NCBI RefSeq assembly: GCF_006345805.1
Contig: NC_043014.1
Coordinates: 36,270,001-36,334,000, forward strand
Direction: 5' to 3'
DNA length: 64,000 nt
DNA from: Octopus sinensis
Taxonomy: Eukaryota
Below are positions 28,083 to 42,454 of the stretch, one piece after another. The stretch's first letter is position 1. Each line of letters opens with the position of its first letter. The position numbers were made by a program, and so were the translations under genes. The notes below the pieces were generated by a model that had not been told where the DNA came from, ran no database searches, and saw only the letters and a list, made by a program, of their open reading frames with translations.

Positions 28083-28128
28083 AAGCCGAAGTGTAAGAAG
28101 ACATCAGTAACATCATAACTAACAACAT
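28083..28128 (-). CDS. Two-Ig gene copy A, coding exon 1: signal peptide MLLVMMLLMSSYTSA
   Basis: ATG at 28128; 15 mostly hydrophobic codons ending in T-S-A, then T|GTAAGT consensus donor in phase 1, matching the phase-1 acceptor of the V exon. An in-frame upstream ATG at 28245 also exists. Confidence 0.75.
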
Positions 28129-28412
28129 TATTGATCTTGTGCCACAGGTATAAGGCAGGAGGAGAAATGATTGTCGGCTTCCAGAAAGCAGAAATTTTAC
28201 GAAAAGATATCTCTTACAAATAGCGTAGTCGAAATGGCCAAACATAATAGAATTAGAGAGAAAAACGCAAGTCCAACTTGAAGTGTGAGTGAACTGAAAG
28301 TCCCATCTTTCTGTTTCTTTCTTTTTCTCTCTCTATCTTTCTCTTTCTCCCTCTCTCTGTCTGTCTGTTTTTCTCCCTTTCTCTTTTCTGCTTCGAGAAG
28401 GCAGGTAAAACT

Positions 28413-28414
<2 letters not shown>

Positions 28415-28502
<88 letters not shown>

Positions 28503-28524
28503 CATAGGTAGGTAGATAGGTAGG

Positions 28525-28582
<58 letters not shown>

Positions 28583-28598
28583 GATAAGATATAGACAA

Positions 28599-28668
<70 letters not shown>

Positions 28669-28720
28669 GGATAGATAAATAGGTAGATAAATAGATAGAT
28701 AGATAAATAGGTAGATAGAT
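28415..28720. repeat. (GATA)n tract ~300 bp upstream of the start codon (also ~57460-57810)
   Basis: Read directly from the sequence. Confidence 0.95.
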
Positions 28721-29595
28721 AAGATATAGACATATAGATAGTGAGATATAGATAGAGAAATATAGAGAGATTGAGATAAATAGAGAGAGATGGATAAAGA
28801 GATATAGATAGAGATATGGATGTCACGGACGCTAGAAAACCGGAAGTAAATATTCTTAAAAACAGAAACTTAAGTACACACACACGTACACAAGCACGCA
28901 CGCACATGCGCACGCAAAAACACACACTCACACATATACACATACAAAGATGAAAAGAAAGATAGAGAATTTCGAAGTATTGAGAGATTGGATGAAAGAA
29001 GTATTGTGATTAAGAAAAAGACGCCGACTTAGGACGCGGGAGAGGAAAGTGAGGGAAAGTTATAAGGATATGAAAGTAAGAAAGGGAGAGAAGAAGGAAG
29101 ATTGGCAAGAAGGAGTTACAGTAAAAGATTAGAAGAACGTCATGGATAAGTGAGAGGGAGAGAGTGAAAGGGACAAAGATAGAGAGAAAGAGCGTAAGAG
29201 GTGAGAAAGAGAGAAAGAGAAAGATAAAAAGAGAAGAACAGTCAAGACATTTTCTTTTTTTACTACATTTGTTTGGTATTTTTCTAATAGATTTTTCAAT
29301 ATGACGCTACACTGGACACTGGATGACCTAGCTGACCTTGCTGACTGACCTAGCTGCTTGAACAGCTTCCTAAGCATTCTTCCGATTCGGTTGATTCAGG
29401 CCAAAGTGAATCGTTAGGAGTGGTAGGCTTACCAGGCTTTCTACCTTATCGAAGCTCCTTCTTTATTGTAAGGTCATCGAGGCATTTGAGAAAAAAAAGG
29501 ATTTACTCCACACCCCGAGCAGTCTGGATTGCTGCTACACATACAACAAGGTAACTTACTGGTGAAGCAGAAGGGATTGGAAATGAAACGGTACG

Positions 29596-30009
29596 GGATC
29601 TTTTCGGTTTGAACGGCAGTTTTTTTTAAATAATTTCCACGCAACAAAACGCTTTTAAACTTCTTATACTGGTAGAATGTGTTAATAAAACATCTTTTTC
29701 TCTTGGCTTTATTGAGAAAATTCTATAGTTTGTAGGTCATTTGTTGTTTTTTCTTCTTCAATTTCTGCAATTTCAACCAATCAATGACTTCTATTGAGGC
29801 AAAATACCATTCTGTGCCGTAAGCAACAGATTGGGTTTATTTACATTTCTGAAGAAAAAAAGGTACCCTTCACCTCACCCCTAACCCTAACCCTAACCCA
29901 AACCCTAAAACAGATTGAAATGCAATAGATCGATACTGGGGTCATAATTATGGGTGACAATTTCATATGACACCGCTAGAAATGACTGCCGTTCAAACCG
30001 CAAAGATCC
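29596..30009. mobile_element. 414-bp MITE, Merlin-like, with internal (CCCTAA)n
   Basis: TIR GGATCTTTTCGGTTTGAACGGCAG / CTGCCGTTCAAACCGCAAAGATCC; perfect 8-bp TSD ACGGTACG (29588-29595, 30010-30017). Confidence 0.85.
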
Positions 30010-30572
30010 ACGGTACGTTCATCTCTTCGAATTCTGACATTGTGCTTAGCAACAAGCTCACTGTTTCTTCATCAGAATATCTCATAACTCTGGATCCTTT
30101 AAAAGTTCTCAATTCTTCCTACCATAAATATATTCGGTAAGCGAGCAGGTTTATCTGTAGGAATTATTGTTACATACGTCAATGATGCTGAATCTGGCAA
30201 CTGCTTTGCCAACAACGAGAGTTATCTCCAGCCTCAGCCGTCAACCAGCATCACCTTACCCACTGACACTTCGGTCTTGCAGACATAACGTTGAAATTTC
30301 TGCCACTCACTCTTGTTGCTTCGTGCAGGTCATTTACCTGCTGATCTACGCTGTATTTGGTTGGATATACAAGCATATTAAAGGAGTCAGCAGAGTGGGC
30401 TACAATATATATGTTTCTCTCCGTGTTTCTTTTCTGTGTATCTTTCTGTTGAAGAGCGTAGGCTCGAAACGTAAAAGACTTGTTTTATTTATATTCCTGA
30501 GCGCCATACTAATACAATTGTTTGTTTGTATTCCACCTGCCTTCGTCTTTGTTATTTTCATAAAGCTTCCCG

Positions 30573-30606
<34 letters not shown>

Positions 30607-30818
30607 GAAATATTAAAATTACTAAGTCTCTCTAAAAGAGAACGACGGCAGCGTTCCCGGAAAATATTAGTGTGGAGCGACTGACCTCCCTTGTTCAAAG
30701 GTTATATGGATACAGTTTGTGTATCAAATAGCTAACTTAAGGCGATGGCCTCATGGAGCTAATAAGCGGTCAGCTTTTTTCTTATTTTTATAAGAATGCC
30801 ATATTAGTATGGCGATAA

Positions 30819-30900
<82 letters not shown>

Positions 30901-31055
30901 GAATTAGAGATAAAACCACTATTAGGCAACTCAAACTGTTTGAGTTGCCTAATAGTGGTTTTATCTCTAATTCATATTTTATATATTTATACTGTGAAAT
31001 TTGATTTAATCCTGAATCTAATTTTTCCCTGTAAGTTTGGAGCAATACTCCCTAA

Positions 31056-31109
<54 letters not shown>

Positions 31110-31233
31110 GAAATTGGTAAGATGATCCGGTTCCGACTGAAGATTAGAGGCTTCGAGTGACCCGTCTGTTTTTTTGTGTCGTCTCTTTGTGTGTATTTGC
31201 GTTCTTGTTCCACTTTGTAATTTATATTTTATA

Positions 31234-31645
<412 letters not shown>

Positions 31646-31699
31646 ATCGTTTCAGCACACGATCTCAGATCAATTACTTGCTATGCGAGTACATCTTCG

Positions 31700-31751
<52 letters not shown>

Positions 31752-32826
31752 TAGAAATATTAAAATAACTAAGTCTCTTTAAAGAGAACAGCGGCAGCGT
31801 CCCGGAAAATAATAGTTATCGCCATACTAATATGGCATTCTTATAAAAATAAGAAAAAAAAGCTGTCCGCTTATTAGCTCCATGAGGCCATCGCCTTAAG
31901 TTAGCTATTTGATACACAAACTGTATCCATATAATCTTCGAACAAGGGAGGTCAGTCGCTCCACACTACTTGACCGGCAGCTACAGACGCGTTCGGAGTA
32001 TTGCCCCTTTTCAATGCAGCGTAGCCAGCCAGTAGGTGTCGCTTCCGACAATCTCTGTTCGATGGTTTTATTTACCTAGTTCGGTGGAATACATCCACTT
32101 GTTTTCAAAATATAAATATTAAAATAACTAAGTCTCTTTAAAAGAGAACAGCGGCAGCGTTCCCGGAAAATAATAGTTATCGCCATACTAATATGGCATT
32201 CTTATAAAAATAAGAAAAAAAGCTGTCCGCTTATTAGCTCCATGAGGCCATCGCCTTAAGTTAGCTATTTGATACACAAACTGTATCCATATAATCTTCG
32301 AACAAGGGAGGTCAGTCGCTCCACACTACTTGACCGGCAGCTACAGACGCGTTTCGGAGTATTGCCCCTTTTCAATGCAGCGTAGCAATGCAAGACAGAT
32401 CAGGGATGTTTTTGGTACCAGTGAATTTGTGGTGGAACAATTTGGTGCAGAGAAAATTTCATTTTATTCTACATAAAAATTAACCGGGGATTTTTTTTTA
32501 CTAATTGGATATGAATAACTACAGAGATTCAAAAAATAAATACAAATTAATTTTTATAAGATAACTTGTATTAAATTTTCTTTATTGTAAATAAAGGTTC
32601 TAATTTAGGTATAAGGTGCAGTAATTTTGAAGGAGGGGGTCTGATCGATTAAACCGATCCTAGTACTTGTTCGAAGATTATATGGATACAGTTGTGTATC
32701 AAATAGCTAACTTAAGGCGATGGCCTCATGGAGCTAATAGAGCGACAGCTTTTTTTCTTATTTTTATAAGAATGCCATATTAGTATGGCGATAACTATAT
32801 TACATATATAATATATTATATATATA

Positions 32827-32874
<48 letters not shown>

Positions 32875-32889
32875 TATATATATATTATA

Positions 32890-32920
<31 letters not shown>

Positions 32921-32989
32921 ATATATATATATGATACATATAATATATATATATATATATAATATTATATATATATATATATATATTTA

Positions 32990-33150
32990 TACAGGTACCA
33001 GAATCTAGTAAGGTATTATCCATATAAATCAAATGGGGCGATTATAATCACCCTATTTGATTTATATGGATAATACCTTCCATCTTATGCGCTTAATCAG
33101 GTCTGTAATTTTCTCTAAAAGTTTCTTAGAGTATAGTTCCCTTAATGGTG
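32990..33150 (-). mobile_element. Short Penelope-like fragment (homologue at ~60525-60680)
   Basis: LYSKKLLEKITDLIKRIRWKV, same motif class as the 23.3 kb fragment. Confidence 0.5.
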
Positions 33151-33244
33151 TGTGTACGTGTATAGACGTGTGCGGGTATGTGCGCATATAGGCGTGTATG
33201 CGCGCTTGCATAAGTGTATGTGCGTATATAGACGCGCAATTTGA

Positions 33245-33622
33245 TTCCATTGGGATTTATTGACCCAAATTTTCAAAAACTTTACACATTTTCCAATACC
33301 ATTTTAGTTCCGCTACACTATACCTGTCAACGTAAAACAATGTCATTTCTCTTTATACTTCTCCTAACCTAGGGAAAATAGTTACTAGTTGCAAACGATA
33401 GAGATTGTGTACTTATATACGAAAAATGTTTTATATCTTTCTAGATTCATGTGTATCAGAGCATATGTACCCATATACACACAAACAAACATTAAGGTAT
33501 GTTTTCAATATCAGAAATCAATGAGCACTAACTACAGAAAGCACACAATATATAGTATGGAGTCAAATATTTATTTCCGGAGAAAATGTGAGTTAATTTT
33601 CGCTTGGATGTTTCGAAATAAC
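33245..33622 (-). other. Candidate 3' UTR exon of copy B
   Basis: ttcttttttacag|G acceptor at 33622; homologous to the 9275 block. Confidence 0.45.
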
Positions 33623-33768
33623 CTGTAAAAAAGAAAGCATTGCCAATTTAGAAAGAAACTATACGTGTATGTATGTATGTATGCATGCAATGCTCGTATA
33701 TATGTACCTATGTATGTATGTATGTATGTATGTATGTATGTACGTATGTATGTATGTATGTATGTATG

Positions 33769-36700
33769 TCGCAGGTCACTTTCGAGTGCTACTGGTAACA
33801 TGTAACCCAGTACAACCTGTTGCATGGTCGGGTCTTCGGCGACTAAACCGGCAACCCACAAGTGAGGAGGGTGTTTATTGGACACTTTGCGGGATGAAAA
33901 ACAAAACCTGTCAAAGGGCGGAGGACCTCTTGAGAGTCAACGGCCATCCAATAAATGTTAGCACGGGTACGTAAAAATTCCGGGGTGGTGTCCGGCGTGC
34001 TGGAAGACCACTGGGAGTGAGGCGCCACTCAGCTTTTGTTAAAGCACGTCTCTAGGAGAAGGTCACTCTGATATAAAAACCAGATATGCAGGGAATGGCA
34101 TTGAACATTTTGGGGATCTTTGGTTTGTGCTAGAGATCACGGCGCTCTCACATCCCTGTGCCTGCGACTCATATTGGCACCAGACATCTTGCTCCGGCTT
34201 GTCTCTGGATAATGTCAATAGAGTTGAGAGGGTCTATGAGGTGTTGTGAACGCCTTATTGGACCTAAAACTCTGCACAGGCATTGCCAATTTTTTTTATA
34301 TATATCTTATTTTTAGTATATATTTTCTTCATTTTTAGTAATTTTTTTTCAGAAGTCCTGCGGCGATGGGAAGGTGGTGAAGCATGCAGACCTGACGGGT
34401 TGGAAGCATGTAGTCAGCGACCTGCACGTAGGTGGCCCATGCTAGATATAAAGTCGTCTCCTTGTCGCCCAAGACAGCGGTAAGATTCGGTTGCTGCATG
34501 GGTGTCTGAGCAGCTCCATTTGGAGAGGGCACTGCTCACCTGGAGACCGGGGAGGTTCTAGAAAAGGTGAACCAAAAATTGCCTGTCTTTCCATATCTGG
34601 TCAGTTTAGCGTGACTGATGGATGCCCACTCTGCGCTCGAAAAACGAAGAGTCTTTTATCTATAAAATCTGGACGGAACTTAAACATTTCATGTTGGAAT
34701 GTGCGTACTCTGTTGGACAACAAGAGTGATTGCAGGCCTGAAAGACGCACTGCACTTGTTGCTCGTGAGCTGAACCGTTATAAAATTGATATAGCTGCAC
34801 TCTCAGAGACTCGTATAGAAGGTGATGGTCAGCTTGAGGAAGTAGGAGGCGGATACACCTTTTTTTTGGAAAGGAAGGCAGAAGGAGAAGTGCAGAGAGG
34901 CTGGTGTTGGATTTACAGTCCGATCTGATATCCTGAAGAAGTTGGAAGAGCTCCCTGTCCCTATAGATGAACGTATAATGACCCTACGGTTGCACTTGAA
35001 AGGTAAGCGGTTTGCTACTCTAATAAATGCCTATGCACCTACTTTGACTAGCTGTGATGAAGATAAAATAATCTTTTATACCCAGCTGAGAGCCATACTT
35101 AGAAAAATCCCCAATTCTGATAAAGTCATTCTACTGGGGGATTTTAATGCCAGAGTAGGAACATACTGGCAAACATGGAACTCTCTAGGACGTTTTGGAG
35201 TAGGGAAAATGAATAGCAATGGTCTCATGCTACTGGAGCTTTGCGAAGAACATGGCCTTTACATTGCAAGTACTCATTTTGTGCACAAAGGTGATCACAC
35301 AACAACATGGATGCTTCCAAGGTCCAAAGTTTGGCATTTGCTGTATTACGTCATCATCCGCAAGCGCGATATTTATGACATTTGTAATGTCAAGTCATTG
35401 CATGGATCAGAATGCTGGACAGACCACAGTCTGTTGCGAGCAAAGTTCCGAATGGTGATTAGGGCGAAAGAGAGAAGAGGACCAGTCAGCATTCCTCGCC
35501 GTCTAAATGTCCAAAAGGTATATGACGTTGTGGTTAGGAAAGAGCTTCAGACTCGCTTGTCCAGCATTGAAACTGCTGCAGCATGGGAAGAGTTTCGAGA
35601 CCAAGTTGTTCAATGTGCAGCCGAGACACTAGGGTATGTTACTGCCAGACACAGAGACTGGTTTGATGAGAATGATGCTGAAATTCAACGACTATTAGTG
35701 GTGAAGCACCATGCCCACAGTGTGTTGCTGCACAGAGAACTGTCTACTGTGCAGCGAAGTCTAGCACTTGCCCACTATAACAGTGTAAAATCACTACTGC
35801 AGCGATCTCTCAGGAAGATCCAGAACACTTGGTGGGAGGATCTTGCTCGTGATGTTCAGGCTGCTGCTGATGCAAATGACAGCAAGAAGCTTTACCATCT
35901 TATGAAGCGAGCTTATGGACCTAAGATCTCCTCATCAGCTCCTTTTCTTTCCAAGGAGTCTTCCACTCTGTTTAATAACTCAATAGAAATCACAGGTCGC
36001 TGGATCGAACACTTCTCTGAACTCCTAATTCATGAGTCAGTTGTGGATGAAACAGTGATTGATACTATGAAACAAAGACCTATCATTGACTCCTTAGACT
36101 CCTCGCCATCAATACATGAAATAATGACATCAATAAGTAAATTAAATCTTGGTAGGGCACCTGGAAAGGATGGAATTTGTGCTGAGGCCTTGCGATTTGG
36201 TGGTAATTGCATCACACAGTCCCTTCATGAACTTATTAGTGCAGTCTGGAGGGATGGTGCAATCCCTAAGGACTGGAAGGATGCAATTATTCTTCCTCTA
36301 TATAAAGGAAAGGAGCCAGAACAATGTGTGGTAACTACAAAGGTATTGCTCTACTATCAGCTGCTGGCAAGGTTCTAGCAAATATTCTTCTTACCCGTCT
36401 GAATGGGTGTCTCGTAAATGATGTCCTATCTGAATCTCAATGTGGCTTCCGATCTGGTAGAGGGACAATGGATATGATTTTCACAGCAAGACAGATGCAG
36501 GAGAAGTGCTATGAGCAGAATATGGATCTTGTCCAGGTATTCATTGATTTGACAAAGGCCTTTGATACTGTAAATAGGGCCTTTCTATGGAAAATACTTG
36601 GATGTCCGGATCACTTTGTATCTATAATTAAAGCATTTCATGGTGGGATGGAGGCTTGGGTCAATGTTGGTGGTGCCATGGCGGGACCCATTCCTGTAGA

Positions 36701-37917
36701 GAATGGTGTCAAGCAGGGTGACATCCTTGCCCCAACTCTCTTTTCTTTGTACTTTGCTGCTGTTTTTACTCATGCTTTTGCTAAGGTTAACTCTCTGGGA
36801 ATATATGTCAGATATCGATCTTCTGGCCGCCTCTTTAATCTTCGCCGATTTGCTGCCAATTCAAAGGTGTCCCAGTCTATTATTCGTGACCTCCTTTATG
36901 CAGATGACTGTGACTTAGTCACTCATACAGTGGATGACATGCAAATACTCATGAATTGCATTTCTGCTTCTTGCAGGGCATTTGGACTCAGCATTAGCCT
37001 GGACAAGACTGTTGTAATGTTCCAGCCTACACCAGGAAATCCATATATAGAACCAGCTATCTTGGTTGAAGGAACAATTCTGAAGGTAGTAGACAAGTTT
37101 GTCTACCTGGGCAGCACACTCAGCCGTTCTTGCTCACTGGATGAGGAAATATCTTTCAGGTTGCAGAGAGCAACTAATTCCTTCCGGTCTCTTCAGTCTC
37201 GTGTCTGGTCCCAACATGGCATCGCAAGGAGAACAAAAGTTGCTGTGTACCGTGCTTGTGTACTGACATCGCTTCTCTACTCATGTGAGACATGGACTCT
37301 GTACAAACGTCAGTTAAGGGTTCTTGAACGTTTTCATCAGAGATGTCTCAGACACATTCTCAATGTTGGCTGGACCTCAAAAATTCCGGACACACAGATC
37401 TTGAGGACAGCTGATATCTTGAGTATTGAGGCGATGGTACACAAGCACCGGTTGGGTTGGACTGGATACCTTATTAGAATGGAGGATAGAAGGATTCCTA
37501 AGCAGATGCTCTATGGAGAACTTGTGAATGGAAGGAGACTCCGGCAGAAACCAAGGCTGCGATTGAAGGACTGTGTCAAGTCCTCGTTAAAGGCCTTTGA
37601 TATGCAGGACACTGACTGGGAGAACAATGCCTGTCATCGCCACAGATGGAGGAAACAGGTTAAGGAGGGGATCGACACTTTCGAGAAAGCACGTATCCAG
37701 CATGAAGAACTCAAGCGAGCTGCGCGAGAGCGCACGGCTCGTATAGTGAATGGGGAAAGCTTGGTCTGCAATGTTTGCAGTCGTGTATGCTTGTCAAGAG
37801 CAGGGCTCATTAGCCACCAACGGAGCCGCAAATGCAAAATATAAGTTAGTCCTAGAGCGCACAATGTTCCTGAAGGTCAGCAATAGTCTTCCTCGGTCAC
37901 AAGTGGACGGCTATCAT
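33769..37917 (+). mobile_element. Near full-length RTE-clade non-LTR retrotransposon
   Basis: APE endonuclease motifs (SCWNVRTL, DIAALSETR, ILLGDFNARVG, WTDHSLL); RT motifs (SQCGFRSGRGT, FIDLTKAFD, GVKQGD.LAPTLF, LLYADD); C-terminal C2H2 finger CNVCSRVCLSRAGLISHQ; flanked by (TATG)n. Confidence 0.95.
34491..37844 (+). CDS. RTE EN-RT polyprotein, split into three track ORFs by two homopolymer frameshifts (start codon uncertain)
   Basis: Frames rejoin if one T is removed from T8 at 34860-34867 (TFFWKGRQKEKCREAGVGF) and one A is added near 36308 (LYKGKGARTMCGNYKGI). Confidence 0.85.
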
Positions 37918-38030
37918 GTAGGTATGTATGTATGTATGTATGTATGTATGTATGTATGTATGTATGTATGTATGTATGTATGTATGTATGTATGCATGCA
38001 CGTATGTATGTACCTATGTATGTATGTACG

Positions 38031-38061
<31 letters not shown>

Positions 38062-39164
38062 GTATGTATGTATGTATGTACGTATGTATGTATGTATTAT
38101 GTACGTATGTGTGTATTTAACTTCAGCCAGAGCTTCACAACTGGTGTTGCTTGAATACGGCTCTATAATTTAGAGGTTTGGTAAAAGTGATGATCGAATA
38201 AGTATCAAACTTAAAAATAGGTAGTGAGGTCTCTTTGTTCGACAGTTTAAGCTGGTAGCCAAGCGTGGTCGCAGTCTAGTGACTGAAACAAGTTAAGAAG
38301 ATCATCTACGCCCGTGAAAAGATGGGATGTTCAGTAATCGAATGCTTTTGCTCGATGAATGTTTATATAAATATTAAAGAAGAATGACCATAACGATGAG
38401 TTTAGAATAAAACCAATGCAGTAAGCTGTTATGATGTGGTGTTTTCCATATCTATAATGTGTGGTCCCTGTCGTGACTGTAGCTGTTGTATCTACTATAG
38501 TGGACATTTGTCTGGTATCGGATACAGTTTATCTCTTCTATACCGAAGTAGTAATACATCGCTTCGTCTATCGTGCTATTGCTGATAGCTCTGCAAGACA
38601 GCGACTTTGAACACCCTACCATCACTGTTGACTCGAACTCGACTATAACCCTTAACTGACACTTAACTCCAACAGAGAACTCGTGCAATTATTCTACAAC
38701 GACTGATAGACGACTACCCGTACTGGTTGACGTCGTCGCACTTTATAGTGGCTGAGTCATACCATTTGTCCCTTGGGAGGGGTATACCATTTCCACTACG
38801 ACATAATCGCAAACTTAATTAATAATATTATATAGAAGAACGGCGGCGAGCTGGCAGAACCGTCAGCACGCCGGGCGAAATGCGTAGCCGCATTTCGTCT
38901 GCCGTTACGTTCTGAGTTCAAATTCCGCCGAGGTCGACTTTGCCTTTCATCCTTTCGAGGTCGATAAATTAAGTACCAGTTACGCACTGGGGTCGATGTA
39001 ATCGACTTAATCCCTTTGTCTGTCCTTGTTTGTTTCCTCTGTGTTTAGCCCCTTGTGGGCAGTAAAGAAATATATTATATAGAAGAACAAAATCAAAGGA
39101 ACGAAAATGAAAAATACAATACTAACCACTTTTTGATTCTGCTGGGGATTGTTTTCCGAAATCC

Positions 39165-39244
39165 TTAATGAAAATGGCCAATAACAAGCAGTGTTGCTGC
39201 AAATTTCAAAATCTTAGTAATAATATTTGCATCATATAATTTAT
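39165..39244 (-). CDS. Two-Ig gene copy B, last coding exon DKLYDANIITKILKFAATLLVIGHFH*
   Basis: Homologous to 10238-10317 with S>Y; same acceptor, stop and downstream GTTAGT donor (after 39127). Confidence 0.7.
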
Positions 39245-41152
39245 CTGTAATAGAAAGAAAAAAAAAGCACATTTCATTTTAATTTTGGTACAAGACCAAA
39301 AACTTTGTTGAAGGTGGACATCGATTACATCAACTCCAGTATTCAATTGGTGCCTAATTCATTGACTCTGAAAGAATGAAAAGTAAAGTCAACTTCGGTG
39401 GCATTTTAACCCAGAAAGCCGGACAAAATGCCACCAAGCATTTTTTACGGCGTGCTCATGAATCTACCAGCTTGCAGCCTCAGAAACAGTAATCAGGGAT
39501 ATTGGAGATTTACATAAACACACGTAAACAATAAATAATGGGACGAAAATCAAAACAACAAAATTCCCAATTAAAAGGGAAACGTTACCCAAAGGTAGCC
39601 AAGTTACCTCACAGTAAACAAGTAATCCTTAGTCACCCTGTTACCAGGAATACTGTTGTGTTTCTCTCTCCTCCATGCTTCTGTAACTACATGGGCACGC
39701 TTAGGTTACGACAATTCACTCGAGATATTCTTGTTATATTCATCCACAGTGTAACAGTTTTACTGGGAGAAAGGACCTTGCTCTCCACGCTCACTTTCCT
39801 TTTAAACATGAAAAGTCAATGAAGGTTTGGTCTCTTTCTCATTAATCGCATCATCTTTCACCATAAGCATCTAACAGAGGAAATCTGCCTACCCTTCAAA
39901 ATCAAAGGAAAGCAAGGAAGCAATCTTCACTTTGGAGTCGACCTATAACCAGATCCTTCCGAGAAGTGATTGCAGATGGTAGACAAAACTCCAGAAATCA
40001 ACGAGGCTCAAGCACTATACTAATACGTGTAGAAAATCTTCATCATGCAATGTGCATCAAGGGCAAGAGCAGCTGAGGGGAATATCATGCCGGTACATTT
40101 TTTTCCGCCGAGGTCGGCTTTGCCTTTCATCCTTTCGGAGGTCGATTAAATAAGTACCTGTTACGCACTGGGGTCAGTATAATCGACTTAATCCGTTTGT
40201 CTGTCCTTGTTTGTCCTCTCTGTGTTTAGCCCCTTGTGGGCAGTAACGAAATGGGTACATTTTATTACGAATCAGCAATGTTATTCTGTAGCACTGCCAG
40301 GCAAGGGATTTTTGTAAATTATCAATGGAACCCGGCTTAAAACTTCTTCGAAAACGACTAGGCAGTTGGCATTCATTGACACTCAGAGATTCCTAGAGGA
40401 TGTTATCACTTTTACTCACCACCAATTGTGAGTAGATGATCTCGGTGCAACGTCCACTAAGACCAATACCCTGCTGACAGAGGTGTGAGCGCCTGATGTC
40501 ACACTAGGTGTCAGGTACCCTGCATAGGTCTATGCTTGACCCAAGAATGTCGAGTATATATTTGTGTGTGCGCGGTATCTGTGTGTATGTATGTGTGTGT
40601 GAGTGTGTGTAGCGTGTGCATGTATGTATGTATAGATGTGTACATTAGTGTTTGTTCCCCACCATCACTGGAAAACCAGTGTTGGTTTGTTTACGTGCCC
40701 AAAACGTATCAGTTCGGGAATAAGTACGACAAAGGCTATTAGAAAATAGCCAAGCATGGCCACCATCCAGTAACTGAAAGAAGCAAAAGTTAGAAGATAA
40801 AAGATACCTGCATTGTCTCTGATTGCTTTCTGCTCAGTACCTACAAATAAAAATTTTAAAATTATAAACAAAATAATATATAGAAATATAATATTTAAGT
40901 TGTAATCTTAGTTTTTAATGCAGTTTTGTTTTTCAAATTGGAAATGAAACCAAAATGTTTATCATTCAAAATGTGACCGCGTGTGTACCGTTGGCGATTT
41001 TTTTCCTCCGTCTTCCCTTCTCTGGATCTTTCCTTCTATGTTTCTGACGTTAAACCCTCCTTCTTCCATTCCTTCCTGAGCGTCCAATAATGCCATATTT
41101 GTTCTACGTCCTCGCGTTGTTGTGTTTTCTCTTTGTGTTTTCATGTTTGGAT

Positions 41153-41208
<56 letters not shown>

Positions 41209-42454
41209 ACCAGATCTACAATCGAAAAGTATGATCAAATTTGGATCCTGAACTGAAATTCATTCAATCTTTCTCCTTTTGTTTAATATAAATCTTTTAT
41301 AGCGGTATTGAAATTTTTTCTTTATAGTATGTGTTCTTGTTTATTTCTATGTTGACTTGCCACGCTCTGTATTTTTCTACTGGAAGCTCCTCATCTCTGA
41401 AATGTGAACAAGTACATATTGTATGTCAGTCAGACAAACTGAAGCATTCTCGTGAAGTATTCTCTTTATGACAAATTGCTGGAACCAGTCGAAATCTGTT
41501 GCTTATCTTAAGATCATTCCTGATAACTTTGACCTATGATCGAAGATTTTCCCTCCGTAACCACCCTGTCTTTTACTTTAGACATGGTTTGAATTATATT
41601 AACTAGAGTTATTCATACTTTTTAAATGAAAAGATATAATTAGAGAGATTATGTTAGTGTTTTTGACTTTTGACTTTTATAGCTAAGTCTTCATAGTCGA
41701 ATGAAACTTTCTTTTACTAGGACGATAGATAAGGCATCAGGGAGATTTAGCTGCTATTTAACGCATAGAATTTCCTTCGGGATGCAGACATGTAGTTCTC
41801 TTTTCTCTTGCTGTCTAAACTCAGCTGTATTCTGCTCCAACGAAGATGTCTTTAATTTGTTTCGTTTGTTCTATGTCTCCTTGTGGGGACATAGAACAAA
41901 CGAAACAAAGTAAAAAAATCGCAAAAGTATATGTTACTAGCTTAAGGTGACCCGCTCTACGCGTGGGTGAGGGTGTGGTTGTTACTTTCTGTTGCTTCCT
42001 TTCTGTTTCTTATCACCACATTCTCCCTCTTTGTTTCTCTCTCACTTTCCTACTCTCTTACTCTTCCTTTCTCTCGGACTCTCCCTCGCTTTCTCTCACT
42101 CTCCATCTTTATTTATCTATCCCTTTCCCATTTATAAAAAGAAAAGATCTTGAGGAAGTTGAGAAAGGAAATATTTTGAAAGATCAATCATAAATATCAA
42201 GCAGTGAAAACGGAAAGCACACTTGCCTTTCGTATGTGTCACTATTTGAGCGATTAAAATATGGAAAAAAAGGATTTCTTTGTTAAATTTAGTACTTATT
42301 TTGGGAAGTTTTCGACTATTGACCATGCAAATGAAAGCTCAAAACTGTAAACAATAAAAAGTAAAGAGCAAAAATACGTAATAATGAGAGATTTTTTTCA
42401 ACTTCAGAAATATTGCCTTAATTTTCAAACTTTGAACCCATTTCCACGCTTAAA

